64,000 bases of DNA from positions 4,960,001 to 5,024,000 of the forward strand of contig OZ245838.1 of the NCBI GenBank assembly GCA_965228735.1, read 5' to 3'. Both the position numbers and the translations under genes were made by a program. The DNA is from Planctomycetota bacterium (GTDB lineage: Bacteria; Planctomycetota; UBA1135; UBA2386). Positions within the stretch are counted from its first letter, which is position 1. Every line of letters starts with the position of its first letter. The notes beneath the pieces are model-generated. The model was not told the DNA's origin, searched no databases, and saw only the letters and a list, made by a program, of their open reading frames with translations. Shown piece by piece: positions 1-9,622 of the stretch.

Positions 1-406
1 CGACGACTCGTTCGTGGGTTGCTGCCGCGAGCGCGATGAGGCGTTCTTCGGCGGGCATCGGACCCGGGTCCTCGATCGCCTCGATCTGCGCGCGGACCGT
101 GGCCGTAGTGATCGCGATCGCCTGCGGGTCCTGGCCAGTGTCGCCCGTGGGCCCAGCCGGGGGTGCCGCCCGGGTCGTGGCACCCGAATGCTCGAGCCAC
201 GCGACGCCGAACACCGCGGTCGCGCCGAGCAGCAGGGCCGCGGCCGGCAGCAGAACCGAACGGCGGCGACGCGGCGCTTCGGCGCCGCACGCGCTGCGGA
301 TCGTTGCCGCGAGCCCGGCCGGCGTGCCGCGACCGCACGCAGCCTCGAGCGCGGCATCGAGTTCGCGCGTGCGGACCGTGTCGAGAGTCGATTGGGCGTC
401 GTTCAT
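1..406 (-). CDS. Putative anti-sigma/membrane sensor protein, N-terminal part (runs off the window edge)
   Basis: ATG at 406 directly abuts the ECF sigma stop codon. Translates MNDAQSTLDTVRTRELDAALEAACG...SVLLPAAALLLGATAVFGVAW, with one TM helix; N-terminus resembles that of 50142-51818. Confidence 0.65.
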   Translation of the reverse strand, partial: MNDAQSTLDTVRTRELDAALEAACGRGTPAGLAATIRSACGAEAPRRRRSVLLPAAALLLGATAVFGVAWLEHSGATTRAAPPAGPTGDTGQDPQAIAITTATVRAQIEAIEDPGPMPAEERLIALAAATHERVV

Positions 407-1021
407 TCAGTCGTCTCCGAGGCTCTGGCGAATGCAGGCGGCGAGCCACCGGCGGGTGCGGGCGAGCAGCGTCTTCACTCCGTTCTGCGCGAGGCCGAGC
501 GTAGTCGCGATCTCCGCGCGGCCGCGACCTTCGCCGTAACTCAGCTGCACGGCGCGCGCGGCCCGACCCTCGAGCCTGGCGACGCAGCGCCGGGCGGCGG
601 CGACCAGGGCGTCTTCGGAATCCGGTTCGTGGCCGCCGTCGGCCAGTGCGGTCCGTTCGACCCAGCGTTGCTCGGTCAGTGCCGCGATCGCGGCTTCGGC
701 GCGCCGATCACTGCGCCGCGTCTGCAGCCAGAGAAAGCGGACCGACTTGCGCAGGAACGTCGCGAGCGCGCCGGGCGGCAGGTCGTGCTTGCCCTTGCGC
801 CACGCGACGACGAACGCCTCCTGCGTGAGGTCGGCCGCGAGCTCACGGTCCGCGCCGAGCGTCCGCGCGAAGCGGTAGATCGCGTCGACGTGCCGCCCGA
901 TCGGGTCGGCGTCGCTGGCCTTGGAAAGGGGGCCGCGCGACGCCGCGGCGTCGTCAGGTTCGGGTTCGGAGCGGCGCGCGCTGCGTTCGAGCTCGCCCGC
1001 ATCGATCGAGAAGACCTGCAT
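407..1021 (-). CDS. ECF-type sigma-70 factor
   Basis: Region 2 (AADLTQEAFVVAWR) and region 4 (EIATTLGLAQNGVKTLLARTR) motifs; exact start uncertain. Confidence 0.9.
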   Translation of the reverse strand: MQVFSIDAGELERSARRSEPEPDDAAASRGPLSKASDADPIGRHVDAIYRFARTLGADRELAADLTQEAFVVAWRKGKHDLPPGALATFLRKSVRFLWLQTRRSDRRAEAAIAALTEQRWVERTALADGGHEPDSEDALVAAARRCVARLEGRAARAVQLSYGEGRGRAEIATTLGLAQNGVKTLLARTRRWLAACIRQSLGDD

Positions 1022-1105
1022 CCTGCGAATACCTGCCGAAACGGCGCCAGGGTATCCGCGTTTCCCCGAAATCGCCGTGAACGAACCGAACCCGGTATCT
1101 TCGTC

Positions 1106-1522
1106 TCAGCGCACGACGACGTCGTAGACCTGAATCCGCGCGGCCGCCGGGGAGAGCACTTCGTCCACGGCGCGCTGATGCACCGGGTGCACGATGTAGT
1201 CGGCGAGCGCCTGAGCGTTGCGGAAGCGCATGACGAACGCGATGTCGAAGCTGTCGTCGACGACCTCGTTGTCGTTCGGCAGCGGCGGCCCGGCACTCAT
1301 CGAAACGATTCCCGGGATCTCGGCCGCGAGTTCGTCGCCGGCGGCCCGGATGCGCGCGAGCGCCGCCTCGTCGCCCGGCTGCTTCAGCCACATGAGCACG
1401 ACGTGCTCGACCTGGAACGCCGCGGGCCGGTGCGGGCCGAACGCCGAGCACGCGCCGAGTGCCGAGCAGGCGAGGAACAGGGCCGCGAGTACCGAGAGCC
1501 GAGCGAGGCGAGCCAACTTCAT
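1106..1522 (-). CDS. Dabb (stress-responsive A/B barrel) family lipoprotein
   Basis: HVVLMWLK...IPGI...FD...F...L..Y..HP.H pattern; N-terminal signal with lipobox-like LGAC. Confidence 0.85.
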   Translation of the reverse strand: MKLARLARLSVLAALFLACSALGACSAFGPHRPAAFQVEHVVLMWLKQPGDEAALARIRAAGDELAAEIPGIVSMSAGPPLPNDNEVVDDSFDIAFVMRFRNAQALADYIVHPVHQRAVDEVLSPAAARIQVYDVVVR

Positions 1523-1543
1523 CGCCGGGACTCTACAAGCAGA

Positions 1544-1658
1544 TGGCGGTGCCGAACCCGCTTCAAATCCGCCACGCTGTCGGTGCCGCAACCCGCGGTC
1601 CCGCAGTCGCCACGGCGCGTCGACGGGCGGCGGATTCGAAGCGGGTTCGGTACCGCCA
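1544..1658. repeat. REP-like inverted doublet, copy 1 (115 bp)
   Basis: Arms 1544-1574 TGGCGGTGCCGAACCCGCTTCAAATCCGCCA and 1628-1658 (reverse complement, 3 mismatches); 53-bp spacer. Confidence 0.85.
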
Positions 1659-1675
1659 AGTCGTATCGCCGTTCT

Positions 1676-3340
1676 CTACAGGCCGACCACGGATGCGAGC
1701 CACATCGCGCCGATCGTCAGCAGCAGCAGCTGGACCATGAGCGGCAGGATGAAGCGGATCCAGCGGCCATAGGGCACGCGGCCGAGCGCGAGCATGCCCA
1801 TGAGCAGCGCGTTCGTCGGGACGACCATGTTCATGAAGCCGTCGCCCGTCTGGTATGCGAGCACCGCGGTCTGGCGCGAGACGCCCGTGACTTCGGCGAG
1901 CGGCGCCATGATCGGCATCGTGACGTAGGCCTGCCCCGACCCGGAGGGAATGAAGAAGTTGGTCACGCACTGCACGCCCAGCATGCCGATCGACGCGACG
2001 AACGCGCCGGCGCCGTCAATGGTCTCGGCGATGCCGTGGATCACCGTGTCGATGACCTGGCCGTCGGAGAGCACGACCTCGATCGTGCGCGCGACGCCGA
2101 TGAGCAGCGCGGTCGTCGTCATCTCCGCGGCACCTTCGCAGAACTTGCGGGCGACGAGGTTGGGGCTGAGCGTGCCGACGACCGCGGCGGCGATGCCGAG
2201 GCCGACGAAGACGGCCATGAGTTCGGTGAAGTACCAGCCCTGCTCGGCGACCCCGTAAACGATCAGCACGATCGCGCCGACGAACAGGCCGAGGACGACG
2301 AGTCGTTGCGGCGTCAGCGCCGTGTCCTCGGGGATCGCGTAGCCCTCCGAGTAGTCGACGTCGCGCACGAGGCTGCGTTCCGGGTCGGCCTGGACCCGTC
2401 GCGCGTAGCGGGTGATGTGAAGCACGCCGAGCACGACCGCCGCGAGCATGAACACGACGCGGAACTCCCAGCCGGAGGCCGGTTCGACTCCCGCGATGTC
2501 CTGCGCGATCAGCACGGTGAACGGGTTGAGGGCCGCGCACCCGTAGCCGACGCCAGCGCCGATGTAGACGATGCCGAGCGCGACAACCGCGTCCATCTTC
2601 AGCGCGAGACTCAATGTCACGAGCAGCGGAATGAACGGCATGTACTCCTCGGCCATGCCGATCGTCGACGAGCCGATTGCGAACAGCAGCGTCATCACCG
2701 CGATGAGCGCGACCGGGCGGGTCGCGAAGTTGCGGATCGCCTGGCCGATGAGCGCATCGATCGCGCCGGTGGCGCGCAGGACCGCGATCACACCCCCGAC
2801 GATGAAAACGAAGAAGATGATGAGCGACGTATCCTCGTCACTGAGCGCTTTCGGCAGCAGCGAGAGCGCGGCGTGCCACGGCAGGTGTTCGCCGCCCTCG
2901 ACCGTGTGGTACGAGTCAGGCAGCACGCGCGCCTTGCCGCCGATGCTGCTCTTCCAGGCCTGGACCTGTGCTGGCGTCGGGGTCGTTTCGGTCTCGATCC
3001 AGGCGTGGAGCAGCGCCCCGACGGCGGCTTCGATGTGACTCCCCGGTCGCCAGGACTCGCCTGCGGTGCGCGGACCCGCCTCCCATTGTGCGACCGTGTC
3101 CTCGGACACCGCGAAGATGCCCGCGACGTCCGCGATCGACAACTCGCGTTCGGCGCGCGCCGCGGCCAGCCGCTCCCGCAGCGGCGCCTTGCCCGCGACC
3201 TCGGTGTAGGCCGAGCCCTTGCTCGGCATCGGCTCCTTCTCGAACTTGCCCTGCGGCAGGAGGTAGGTCGCGATCTGCGCCAGGACGACCATGGCGAAGA
3301 TCAAGACCAGCGGGTGCGGAAACCGGCTCGGCGTGTTCAC
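1676..3340 (-). CDS. YfcC/DcuC-like (TIGR00366-type) membrane transporter with an inserted HTH-like segment
   Basis: [45 protein letters not shown] and YQ.GDGF.N motifs; multiple TM helices. Start is GTG 3340 or ATG 3382. Confidence 0.9.
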   Translation of the reverse strand: MNTPSRFPHPLVLIFAMVVLAQIATYLLPQGKFEKEPMPSKGSAYTEVAGKAPLRERLAAARAERELSIADVAGIFAVSEDTVAQWEAGPRTAGESWRPGSHIEAAVGALLHAWIETETTPTPAQVQAWKSSIGGKARVLPDSYHTVEGGEHLPWHAALSLLPKALSDEDTSLIIFFVFIVGGVIAVLRATGAIDALIGQAIRNFATRPVALIAVMTLLFAIGSSTIGMAEEYMPFIPLLVTLSLALKMDAVVALGIVYIGAGVGYGCAALNPFTVLIAQDIAGVEPASGWEFRVVFMLAAVVLGVLHITRYARRVQADPERSLVRDVDYSEGYAIPEDTALTPQRLVVLGLFVGAIVLIVYGVAEQGWYFTELMAVFVGLGIAAAVVGTLSPNLVARKFCEGAAEMTTTALLIGVARTIEVVLSDGQVIDTVIHGIAETIDGAGAFVASIGMLGVQCVTNFFIPSGSGQAYVTMPIMAPLAEVTGVSRQTAVLAYQTGDGFMNMVVPTNALLMGMLALGRVPYGRWIRFILPLMVQLLLLTIGAMWLASVVGL

Positions 3341-3480
3341 GGCCGCATCATGGACGAGCCGCGTTCCTGTGTCATGCGTCATGGCTTCGGTGGGTTGCGC
3401 GCGGTAGAACTGCCGGATCGCGCTCCGATGCGCCTTGCCCTGCCGATGGCCACGCTTCCCCATTTCCCCGGTCCGCGACG

Positions 3481-4548
3481 ATGAGTCGGCGCCACGAAGA
3501 TCAGTCGCCGGCCGGTCGCAAGAAGCGCGGCAAGGTCGGTTCGACGCGCCCGACGAAGAAAGGGCCCGCGAAGAAGGGCCCAACCACGAAGGGTCCGGCC
3601 AAGAAGAGTCCGGCCACGAAGGGTCCGGCCAAGAAGGGTCCGACGAAGAAGGGTCCAACCAAGAAGGGTCCGGCCAAGAAGGCTTGGACGAAGAAGCCGT
3701 CGCCGGCGCAGCGCAGTTCGACGACGCGTCGCATGGGCAGCGCGCGGCGGCAGACCGGTCTCGTCGTCACGAGCGCCGGACCCGCGGCGGCGAAGACGGC
3801 GAGCGACGGCAAGGTTCGGCTCAACCAGTTCCTCGCGCAGTGCGGCATCGCGAGCCGGCGCGGTGCGGACGAGCTCATCGCAGCGGGCCGTATCGAGCTC
3901 AACGGCGAGATCGTGCGCGAGCTCGGCACCCGCGTCGACCCGCAGGGCGACGAGGTGCTCTACGACGGCAAGCCCGTGCGCCAGGAGAAGGCGGTCTACG
4001 TGCTCTTCAACAAGCCGAAGGGCGTCGTGTGCACCAATTCACGGCAGGAGCAGAAGAAGCGCGTCATCGACTTCATGCCGACGGTGCGCGGCCGGCTCTT
4101 CACCGTCGGGCGGCTCGACCTCGACAGCGAGGGCGCGATCCTACTGACGAACGACGGCCCGTTCGCGCAGGAGATGACGCACCCGCGCTATGGCGTTCCC
4201 AAGCTCTACAACGTGATCCTGCGCGGGCGCGTGAGCCAGGAAGAGCTGCAGCGTGCGCGCGGTGGCGTGTGGCTCAGCGAAGGCCCGACCGCCGGGATGC
4301 AGCTGCGGGTCGCACGCGCGACGCGCGACAAGACCTACCTCAAGGTCACGCTGCGCGAGGGCAAGAATCGTGAGATCCGACGGGTGTTCGCCAAGCTCGG
4401 CTTCCCCGTCGTCACCCTGAAGCGGATCCGGATCGGCGAGCTGACGCTGCACGGCCTCGGGGTCGGCAAGTGGCGATTCGTTCAGCTGCACGAGATCCAG
4501 GAACTCCGACAACTGGCGCGCCGCGACGAGCTGCCCGCCGAGGAATGA
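3481..4548 (+). CDS. RsuA/RluB-family pseudouridine synthase with S4 domain and Lys-rich N-terminal repeats
   Basis: [15 protein letters not shown] (S4), NKPKG, catalytic [14 protein letters not shown]. Confidence 0.93.
   Translation: MSRRHEDQSPAGRKKRGKVGSTRPTKKGPAKKGPTTKGPAKKSPATKGPAKKGPTKKGPTKKGPAKKAWTKKPSPAQRSSTTRRMGSARRQTGLVVTSAGPAAAKTASDGKVRLNQFLAQCGIASRRGADELIAAGRIELNGEIVRELGTRVDPQGDEVLYDGKPVRQEKAVYVLFNKPKGVVCTNSRQEQKKRVIDFMPTVRGRLFTVGRLDLDSEGAILLTNDGPFAQEMTHPRYGVPKLYNVILRGRVSQEELQRARGGVWLSEGPTAGMQLRVARATRDKTYLKVTLREGKNREIRRVFAKLGFPVVTLKRIRIGELTLHGLGVGKWRFVQLHEIQELRQLARRDELPAEE
3553..3684 (+). repeat. Imperfect 15-bp tandem repeats encoding (KKGPA/T)n
   Basis: About 8 copies of aagaagggtccggcc-like units. 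Confidence 0.8.
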
Positions 4549-6005
4549 ACATGACGGATGCGTTGATGCTCCCGGACGTCCGGGAGGTCGAACTCGACAA
4601 CGGCTTTCGCGCGTTGCTCGTGCAGCGCGGCCCGCTGCCCGTGGTCGCGTCGGTGCTCTGGTATGCGGTCGGTGCGCGCGACGAGCGCACGGGCGAGACC
4701 GGGGTCTCGCACTTCCTCGAACACATGATGTTCAAGGGCACCGAGCACTTCAAGAAGGGCGAGATCGACCTGCTCACGAGCAAGATGGGCGGCAGCAACA
4801 ATGCGTTCACCGACAACGACAGCACGGCGTACTACTTCACGCTCGCGTCGGATCGGTGGGAGACCGCGCTCGAGATCGAGTCGAGCCGGATGCGCAGCTG
4901 TCTGCTCGACCCGCAAGAGTTCGCGAGCGAGAAGAACGTCGTGCTCGAAGAGCTCGCGATGGGCGAGGACGAGCCGTGGCGGCCGTTGTTCCAGGCCTGC
5001 GAGGGGCTGCTGTGGCAGGTGCATCCGTATCACCACCCCGTGATCGGGTACCGCGAGGACCTGGAGCGGCTCGGGCCGGCGGGCATGCGCGACTACTACG
5101 ACCGGAACTACGGGCCCAACCGCGCGTTCCTCACGGTCGTCGGCGCGATCGACGAGCAGCGCACGATCGATCGGATCCAGGAGCTGTTCGGCGGCCTGCC
5201 GCGCGCGCAGGACCGGACGTCGCCGCTCAAGGAGCCGGCGCCGGCCGGTGAGCGGCGCGGGATGTTGCGGACGCCGCACTCGGTGACGCGTTTCTGCATC
5301 GGCTTCCCGACGTGTCGCATGGGCGAGCGCGACGACTACGCGCTCGACCTGCTCGCGCACGATCTCGGCAACAGCAAGAACAGCCGGCTCTACAAGCGCC
5401 TCGTGCTGCAGGACGAGCTCGTCACGGACATCAGCGTGATCAACGAGACGCGGCAGGATCCGGGCGGTCTGTTCATCATGGGCGAGCTGCGCCAGGGCGC
5501 CGATCCGCAGCAGGTCGAGAGCGCGATCCGCGAAGAGGTCGCGCAGCAGATTGAGGCCGGCGTCAAGAAGTCTGACCTGCAGCGGATCCGGACGCAGATC
5601 ACCGCGTCGTTCTTGTTCCAGGACGAGTCGGTGCTCGATCAGGCGATGAAGATCGCGCGGTTCCAGGCCGGCACGCCGGGTGGGTATCGCACGCTCGAGG
5701 ACGTGCTGCCGACCTATGAATCGCTCACGGCGCGTGAGCTGAAGCAGGTCGCGGCGCGGTATCTCGACTTCGATCACGCGGCGGTCGTCTGGGCCTTGCC
5801 GGCGCGTCCGCCGGCGCCGGTGCAGAACGGCCGCGCTGCCCGATCCCCGAGCCGCAAGCGGCCGGCAGCGTCCAAGCCGAAGGCCAAGCCCAAGCCCAAA
5901 GCCAAGGCGAAGCCCAAGGCCAAGGCGAAGAAGCCGACCTCGAAGTCGGCCAAGAAGACCGCGAAGAAGTCGTCCAGGAAGACGGCGAAGAAGGTGCGGC
6001 GATGA
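4545..6005 (+). CDS. M16 (pitrilysin/insulinase) family zinc peptidase, active subunit, with Lys-rich C-terminal tail
   Basis: HFLEHMMFKGT (HxxEH), NAFT, HPY.HPVIG; start overlaps the upstream stop (ATGA). Confidence 0.93.
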   Translation: MNMTDALMLPDVREVELDNGFRALLVQRGPLPVVASVLWYAVGARDERTGETGVSHFLEHMMFKGTEHFKKGEIDLLTSKMGGSNNAFTDNDSTAYYFTLASDRWETALEIESSRMRSCLLDPQEFASEKNVVLEELAMGEDEPWRPLFQACEGLLWQVHPYHHPVIGYREDLERLGPAGMRDYYDRNYGPNRAFLTVVGAIDEQRTIDRIQELFGGLPRAQDRTSPLKEPAPAGERRGMLRTPHSVTRFCIGFPTCRMGERDDYALDLLAHDLGNSKNSRLYKRLVLQDELVTDISVINETRQDPGGLFIMGELRQGADPQQVESAIREEVAQQIEAGVKKSDLQRIRTQITASFLFQDESVLDQAMKIARFQAGTPGGYRTLEDVLPTYESLTARELKQVAARYLDFDHAAVVWALPARPPAPVQNGRAARSPSRKRPAASKPKAKPKPKAKAKPKAKAKKPTSKSAKKTAKKSSRKTAKKVRR

Positions 6006-7252
6006 GGGCGGACATCCAGCTCGAGATCGGGGAGCGGCAGCTGAAGAACGGCCTGACGCTCCTCGCGGTGCGCAACGAGCGAGTGCAGACGTTCGCCAGC
6101 GTGGTATCGCTCGATGTGCGTGCGGCCGACGAGCCCGAGGATCGCTGCGGGCTCGCGAGCCTCGTCGGTTCCTGCCTCGACGAAGGCACGGCGAAGTACG
6201 ACGATCTCGCATTCGCGAAGGCGGCGGAGGCATGCGGCGCGTCCCTGGATGGCAGCAGCTCGGGCGGCGTCGTGATGGCGCCGGCGACGGCGCAGAAGCC
6301 GGCGCTCGCGTTGCTGCGCGAGATGGTGCTGCGGCCGACGTTCCCGAGTCGCGAGTGCAAGCGCGTGCAGGCCGAGACGCTGACCGAACTGGCGGCGGAG
6401 GCCGACGACCCGCGCTCGGTCGCGGCGCGACGCTTTCGCAAGCAGGTCTACGGTGACCATCCGCACGGGCGGCCGTCGCAGGGCACGCCCGACACCGTTG
6501 CCGCGCTGCAGCCGAAGCATCTGCGGGCGTTTCACAAGAGTTGGTTCCAGCCGCACGGCGGCTACGTCGCGATCTCGGCGCCGGACGAGGTCGAGGCCTC
6601 GCTCGATCGCCTGGAGAAGACGTTCAAGAACTTTCGCGGCGGGCCGGTCGAGCATCCGGAGTACCCCGCGGTCGAGCTGCCGGCCGAGCCGTTCAACATG
6701 CACGTCGCGATGCCGCGCGAGCAGGTGCACGTCTTTCTCGGGCACCTCGGCCTGAAGCGCACGGATCCGGACTTCTACGTGCTGTCGGTGATGGACCACA
6801 TCCTCGGGACCGGCCCCGGCTTCACCTCGCGGTGTGCGCGCAAGCTGCGTGACGAGCAGGGCCTGTGCTACGCGGTGAGCGCGGGTATCACGCCGAGCGC
6901 GGGGTTGCAGCCCGGCACGTTCACGGCCTACATCGGCACGTCGCCGGAGCACCGCCAGCGCGCGATCGACGGCTTCCTCGCGGAGATCGATCGCATCCGG
7001 CGCGAGCCGCCGACCGAGCAGGAGCTGCAGGACGTGAAGCAATACCTGACCGGCAGCTTCGTGTTCGCCCTCGAACGCAACAGCAACCTCGCGTCCTACG
7101 CGGTGCGGGCGAAGCGCTTCGGGCTCGGCTTCGACTTCATCCATCGTTACCCCGACCTCGTGCGATCGGTGACCGTCGAGCAGGTGCGGGAGGCCGCCGA
7201 GCGGCATCTGCATCCGGATCGCATTGCGGTGATCAGCGCGGGGGCGAGTTGA
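6002..7252 (+). CDS. M16 family peptidase, non-catalytic partner subunit
   Basis: M16 fold motifs (GDHPHGRP, SR...KLRDEQGLCY) without HxxEH; ATGA-coupled to the previous gene. Confidence 0.88.
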   Translation: MRADIQLEIGERQLKNGLTLLAVRNERVQTFASVVSLDVRAADEPEDRCGLASLVGSCLDEGTAKYDDLAFAKAAEACGASLDGSSSGGVVMAPATAQKPALALLREMVLRPTFPSRECKRVQAETLTELAAEADDPRSVAARRFRKQVYGDHPHGRPSQGTPDTVAALQPKHLRAFHKSWFQPHGGYVAISAPDEVEASLDRLEKTFKNFRGGPVEHPEYPAVELPAEPFNMHVAMPREQVHVFLGHLGLKRTDPDFYVLSVMDHILGTGPGFTSRCARKLRDEQGLCYAVSAGITPSAGLQPGTFTAYIGTSPEHRQRAIDGFLAEIDRIRREPPTEQELQDVKQYLTGSFVFALERNSNLASYAVRAKRFGLGFDFIHRYPDLVRSVTVEQVREAAERHLHPDRIAVISAGAS

Positions 7253-8073
7253 TGGCGGTGAGCAAGCGAGGCGCGGCGCGGGCGCCGCTGCCGCCGCTCG
7301 CGCGGGTGCTCGCGGCGATGGGGGAGATCGCACCGCTCGAGCTCGCGGCCGAGTGGGACAACGTCGGCCTGCTCGTCGATCCGCGCGGACTCAACAAGCG
7401 CGTGGAGCGGGTGATGCTGACGATCGACCTCACGGACGACGTCGTGGCCGAGGCGAGCCGCGCTCGCGCCGATCTCGTCATCGCCTATCACCCGGCGATC
7501 TTTCGGCCGCTGCGCCGGCTCACGCAGGGTGACGGCAAGGAACGCGCGGTGCTCAACGCGATCGCTGCGGGCTTCTCGGTCTACTCGCCGCACACCGCGC
7601 TCGACGGTGTGTCGGGCGGCATCGCCGACTGGCTCGCGGACGGCGTGCTCGACGGTGATACGGCGAAGGACCGCTGGCCGTGCGGCGAGGGTGACTTCGG
7701 CCGCGTCGTCGAACTGCCGAAAGCGATCTCGTTCGCGCGCCTCGTCGGTCGCGTGAAGCAACACCTGGGTCGCAAGCACCTGCAGATCGCGCGCCCGCGC
7801 GGGCAGAAGTCGATTCGCCGTGTCGCCGTCGCGGCGGGCGCTGGCAGCAGCATCGTGCGCGATGAACCGGTCGACGCGATCGTCACCGGTGAGATGTCAC
7901 ACCATGACGCGCTCGCGGCAACCGCCGCCGGCACCTCGGTCCTGCTCGCGGGCCACAGCAACACCGAACGTGGCTACCTCCGCATCCTCCGCCGCCGCCT
8001 GAAGAAGGCCCTCGGTCCTCAGGTCCGCATCGAGATCAGCAAGAGCGACCGCGACCCCCTCACCACGACGTGA
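7252..8073 (+). CDS. Nif3-like dinuclear metal-centre protein (YbgI family)
   Basis: WDNVGLL, YHP.IF, SPHTALD, TGEMSHH, GHSNTER. Confidence 0.92.
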   Translation: MAVSKRGAARAPLPPLARVLAAMGEIAPLELAAEWDNVGLLVDPRGLNKRVERVMLTIDLTDDVVAEASRARADLVIAYHPAIFRPLRRLTQGDGKERAVLNAIAAGFSVYSPHTALDGVSGGIADWLADGVLDGDTAKDRWPCGEGDFGRVVELPKAISFARLVGRVKQHLGRKHLQIARPRGQKSIRRVAVAAGAGSSIVRDEPVDAIVTGEMSHHDALAATAAGTSVLLAGHSNTERGYLRILRRRLKKALGPQVRIEISKSDRDPLTTT

Positions 8074-8074
8074 A

Positions 8075-8113
8075 CGACGTTGGGTACGGTGCCGGGCACC
8101 GTACCCAACGTCG
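8075..8113. terminator. Perfect 19-bp inverted repeat between convergent genes (bidirectional terminator-like)
   Basis: CGACGTTGGGTACGGTGCC-G-GGCACCGTACCCAACGTCG; no U tract. Confidence 0.65.
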
Positions 8114-8115
8114 GT

Positions 8116-9504
8116 TCACGTTCCTGAGGGTTTCTGTTCGGGGAAGCGGATGGCGTGGCGCCAGATGTAGTTGACGATCGGGATGCCGAGGAGGAGGCCC
8201 CAGACGCCGAACAGTTTGCCGCCGACGGTCAGCACGATGAGCACGACCACCGGGTTCATGTGCATGTGGTGGCCGTAGATCTGCGGATTGAGGATGTAGG
8301 TCTCGATCGCGTGGATGATCGCGATCAGCAGGATCGCGAGGAGCATCGCCGTCACACCGTCCTGCTGCAGCGCGACGAGGCAGATCGGCGTCGAACTGAT
8401 GAACGTGCCCGCAACCGGGATGAAGCTGCAGAAGAACACGATCGCGGACAGCACGAGCATGTTGGGCAGCCCCATCATCCACACGCCGATCGCGGTGAGC
8501 ATCGTGTTGACGACGGCGATCAGGAGCTGCGCCTCGAGCGCACGGCCGAGCACGCGGCCGAAGCCGGAGATGTTGTCGGCGACCTCGTCGTAGATGAAGC
8601 CGACGCGCGTGCGCGCGAGGCCCGTGACACCGCGCCGGATCTTCGGCAGGTCGAGCACGATCAGGAACGAGAACAACAAGGCGAGCAGGAACGCCGACGC
8701 GTAGCCCAGAACGGACTGGCCGATCGCCAGCGAACTGTCGGTGACGAATTTGCCGAGCGTCTGGAACAGGTCCGCCACGAACGTCAGCGGTTCGCGGGGC
8801 TTGTCCTCGTCGGCGCCGTTCTCCCCGTCAGCCGGGTTCTCTCCGTCGGCCGCGTTCTCCCGGTCGGCGGGTTCACCGTCGCCGGGCTTGCCGCCGGGGT
8901 CTTGCGATGCGCCGCTCTCCCGGTCGGCCCGCTGCTGCCCACCCGTGTCCTCCTTCGGCGCGTTGCCCGGCTCGGCAGGCTGCTGCTCGCCGGGCTTGCC
9001 GGCCGCTTCGTCCCCGTTCTCGGTCGAGGTCTCACCCTCACCCCCTTCATCGATCTTCGGCACGAACGAGCCCTGATTGGCCGCGCGCAGCTGATTCTGG
9101 TGCTGCAGCAGCGAATCGTGAATGGCCGGCCACTGCGCCAGGAACTTGTTGAGCTCCGCGTCGGCTTGCGCGATGTAGGTGTCGCGGTTCTGCCAGAACG
9201 TCTGCCCCTGCTTCATGACCTGCGGCGCGAGCGTGAAGCCGGTCGCGAACAGCGTGCCGAGGAACACGAGGCCGACGATCACGACCCGCAGCGGTCGGCT
9301 CCGGATCCGATGCGCGAGGCCGTCCACGCCGTGCGCCTGGATGTAGGCGAACACGAACGTCAGGAAGATCAGCAGCAGGAACGGCGACAGGATCCACAGG
9401 ACCGCGATCAGGAGGCCCCAGACGAACGTGCGGGTCGCGAGCGAGAAGATGCGATCCCACGGTGGCGGCAGGCTCTTCTCCTGATTGTCGGTTCCGGGCG
9501 CCAT
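8116..9504 (-). CDS. AI-2E (PerM/UPF0118) family transporter with an acidic low-complexity insertion
   Basis: Hydrophobic helices; FIPVAG, E.YILNPQIYG, MNPV, FGVWGLLLGIP. Confidence 0.9.
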   Translation of the reverse strand: MAPGTDNQEKSLPPPWDRIFSLATRTFVWGLLIAVLWILSPFLLLIFLTFVFAYIQAHGVDGLAHRIRSRPLRVVIVGLVFLGTLFATGFTLAPQVMKQGQTFWQNRDTYIAQADAELNKFLAQWPAIHDSLLQHQNQLRAANQGSFVPKIDEGGEGETSTENGDEAAGKPGEQQPAEPGNAPKEDTGGQQRADRESGASQDPGGKPGDGEPADRENAADGENPADGENGADEDKPREPLTFVADLFQTLGKFVTDSSLAIGQSVLGYASAFLLALLFSFLIVLDLPKIRRGVTGLARTRVGFIYDEVADNISGFGRVLGRALEAQLLIAVVNTMLTAIGVWMMGLPNMLVLSAIVFFCSFIPVAGTFISSTPICLVALQQDGVTAMLLAILLIAIIHAIETYILNPQIYGHHMHMNPVVVLIVLTVGGKLFGVWGLLLGIPIVNYIWRHAIRFPEQKPSGT

Positions 9505-9622
9505 GCGTCCCGCACGGTAGGAAGTGGAGCCGGCCGACGCCAGCCGGTGGGGCGGGAGATTGTGGACCCTCGCCGGCTCGTAGCCGCTGGGCAGTCGCGG
9601 CGCTTGTCGCCATGATGCTCGG

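Noticed and set aside
1544..1658. REP-like doublets as integron attC sites or tRNA fragments
   Set aside because: No RYYYAAC/GTTRRRY ends, no integrase, no cassette array; the TTCGAATCC resemblance to a T-loop is not accompanied by a cloverleaf.
14..3484. 1156-aa plus-strand ORF and similar very long ORFs (9047-12700, 12697-15375, 20539-22800, 60617-62701)
   Set aside because: Antisense shadows of recognisable genes in high-GC DNA; Arg-rich with no motifs.
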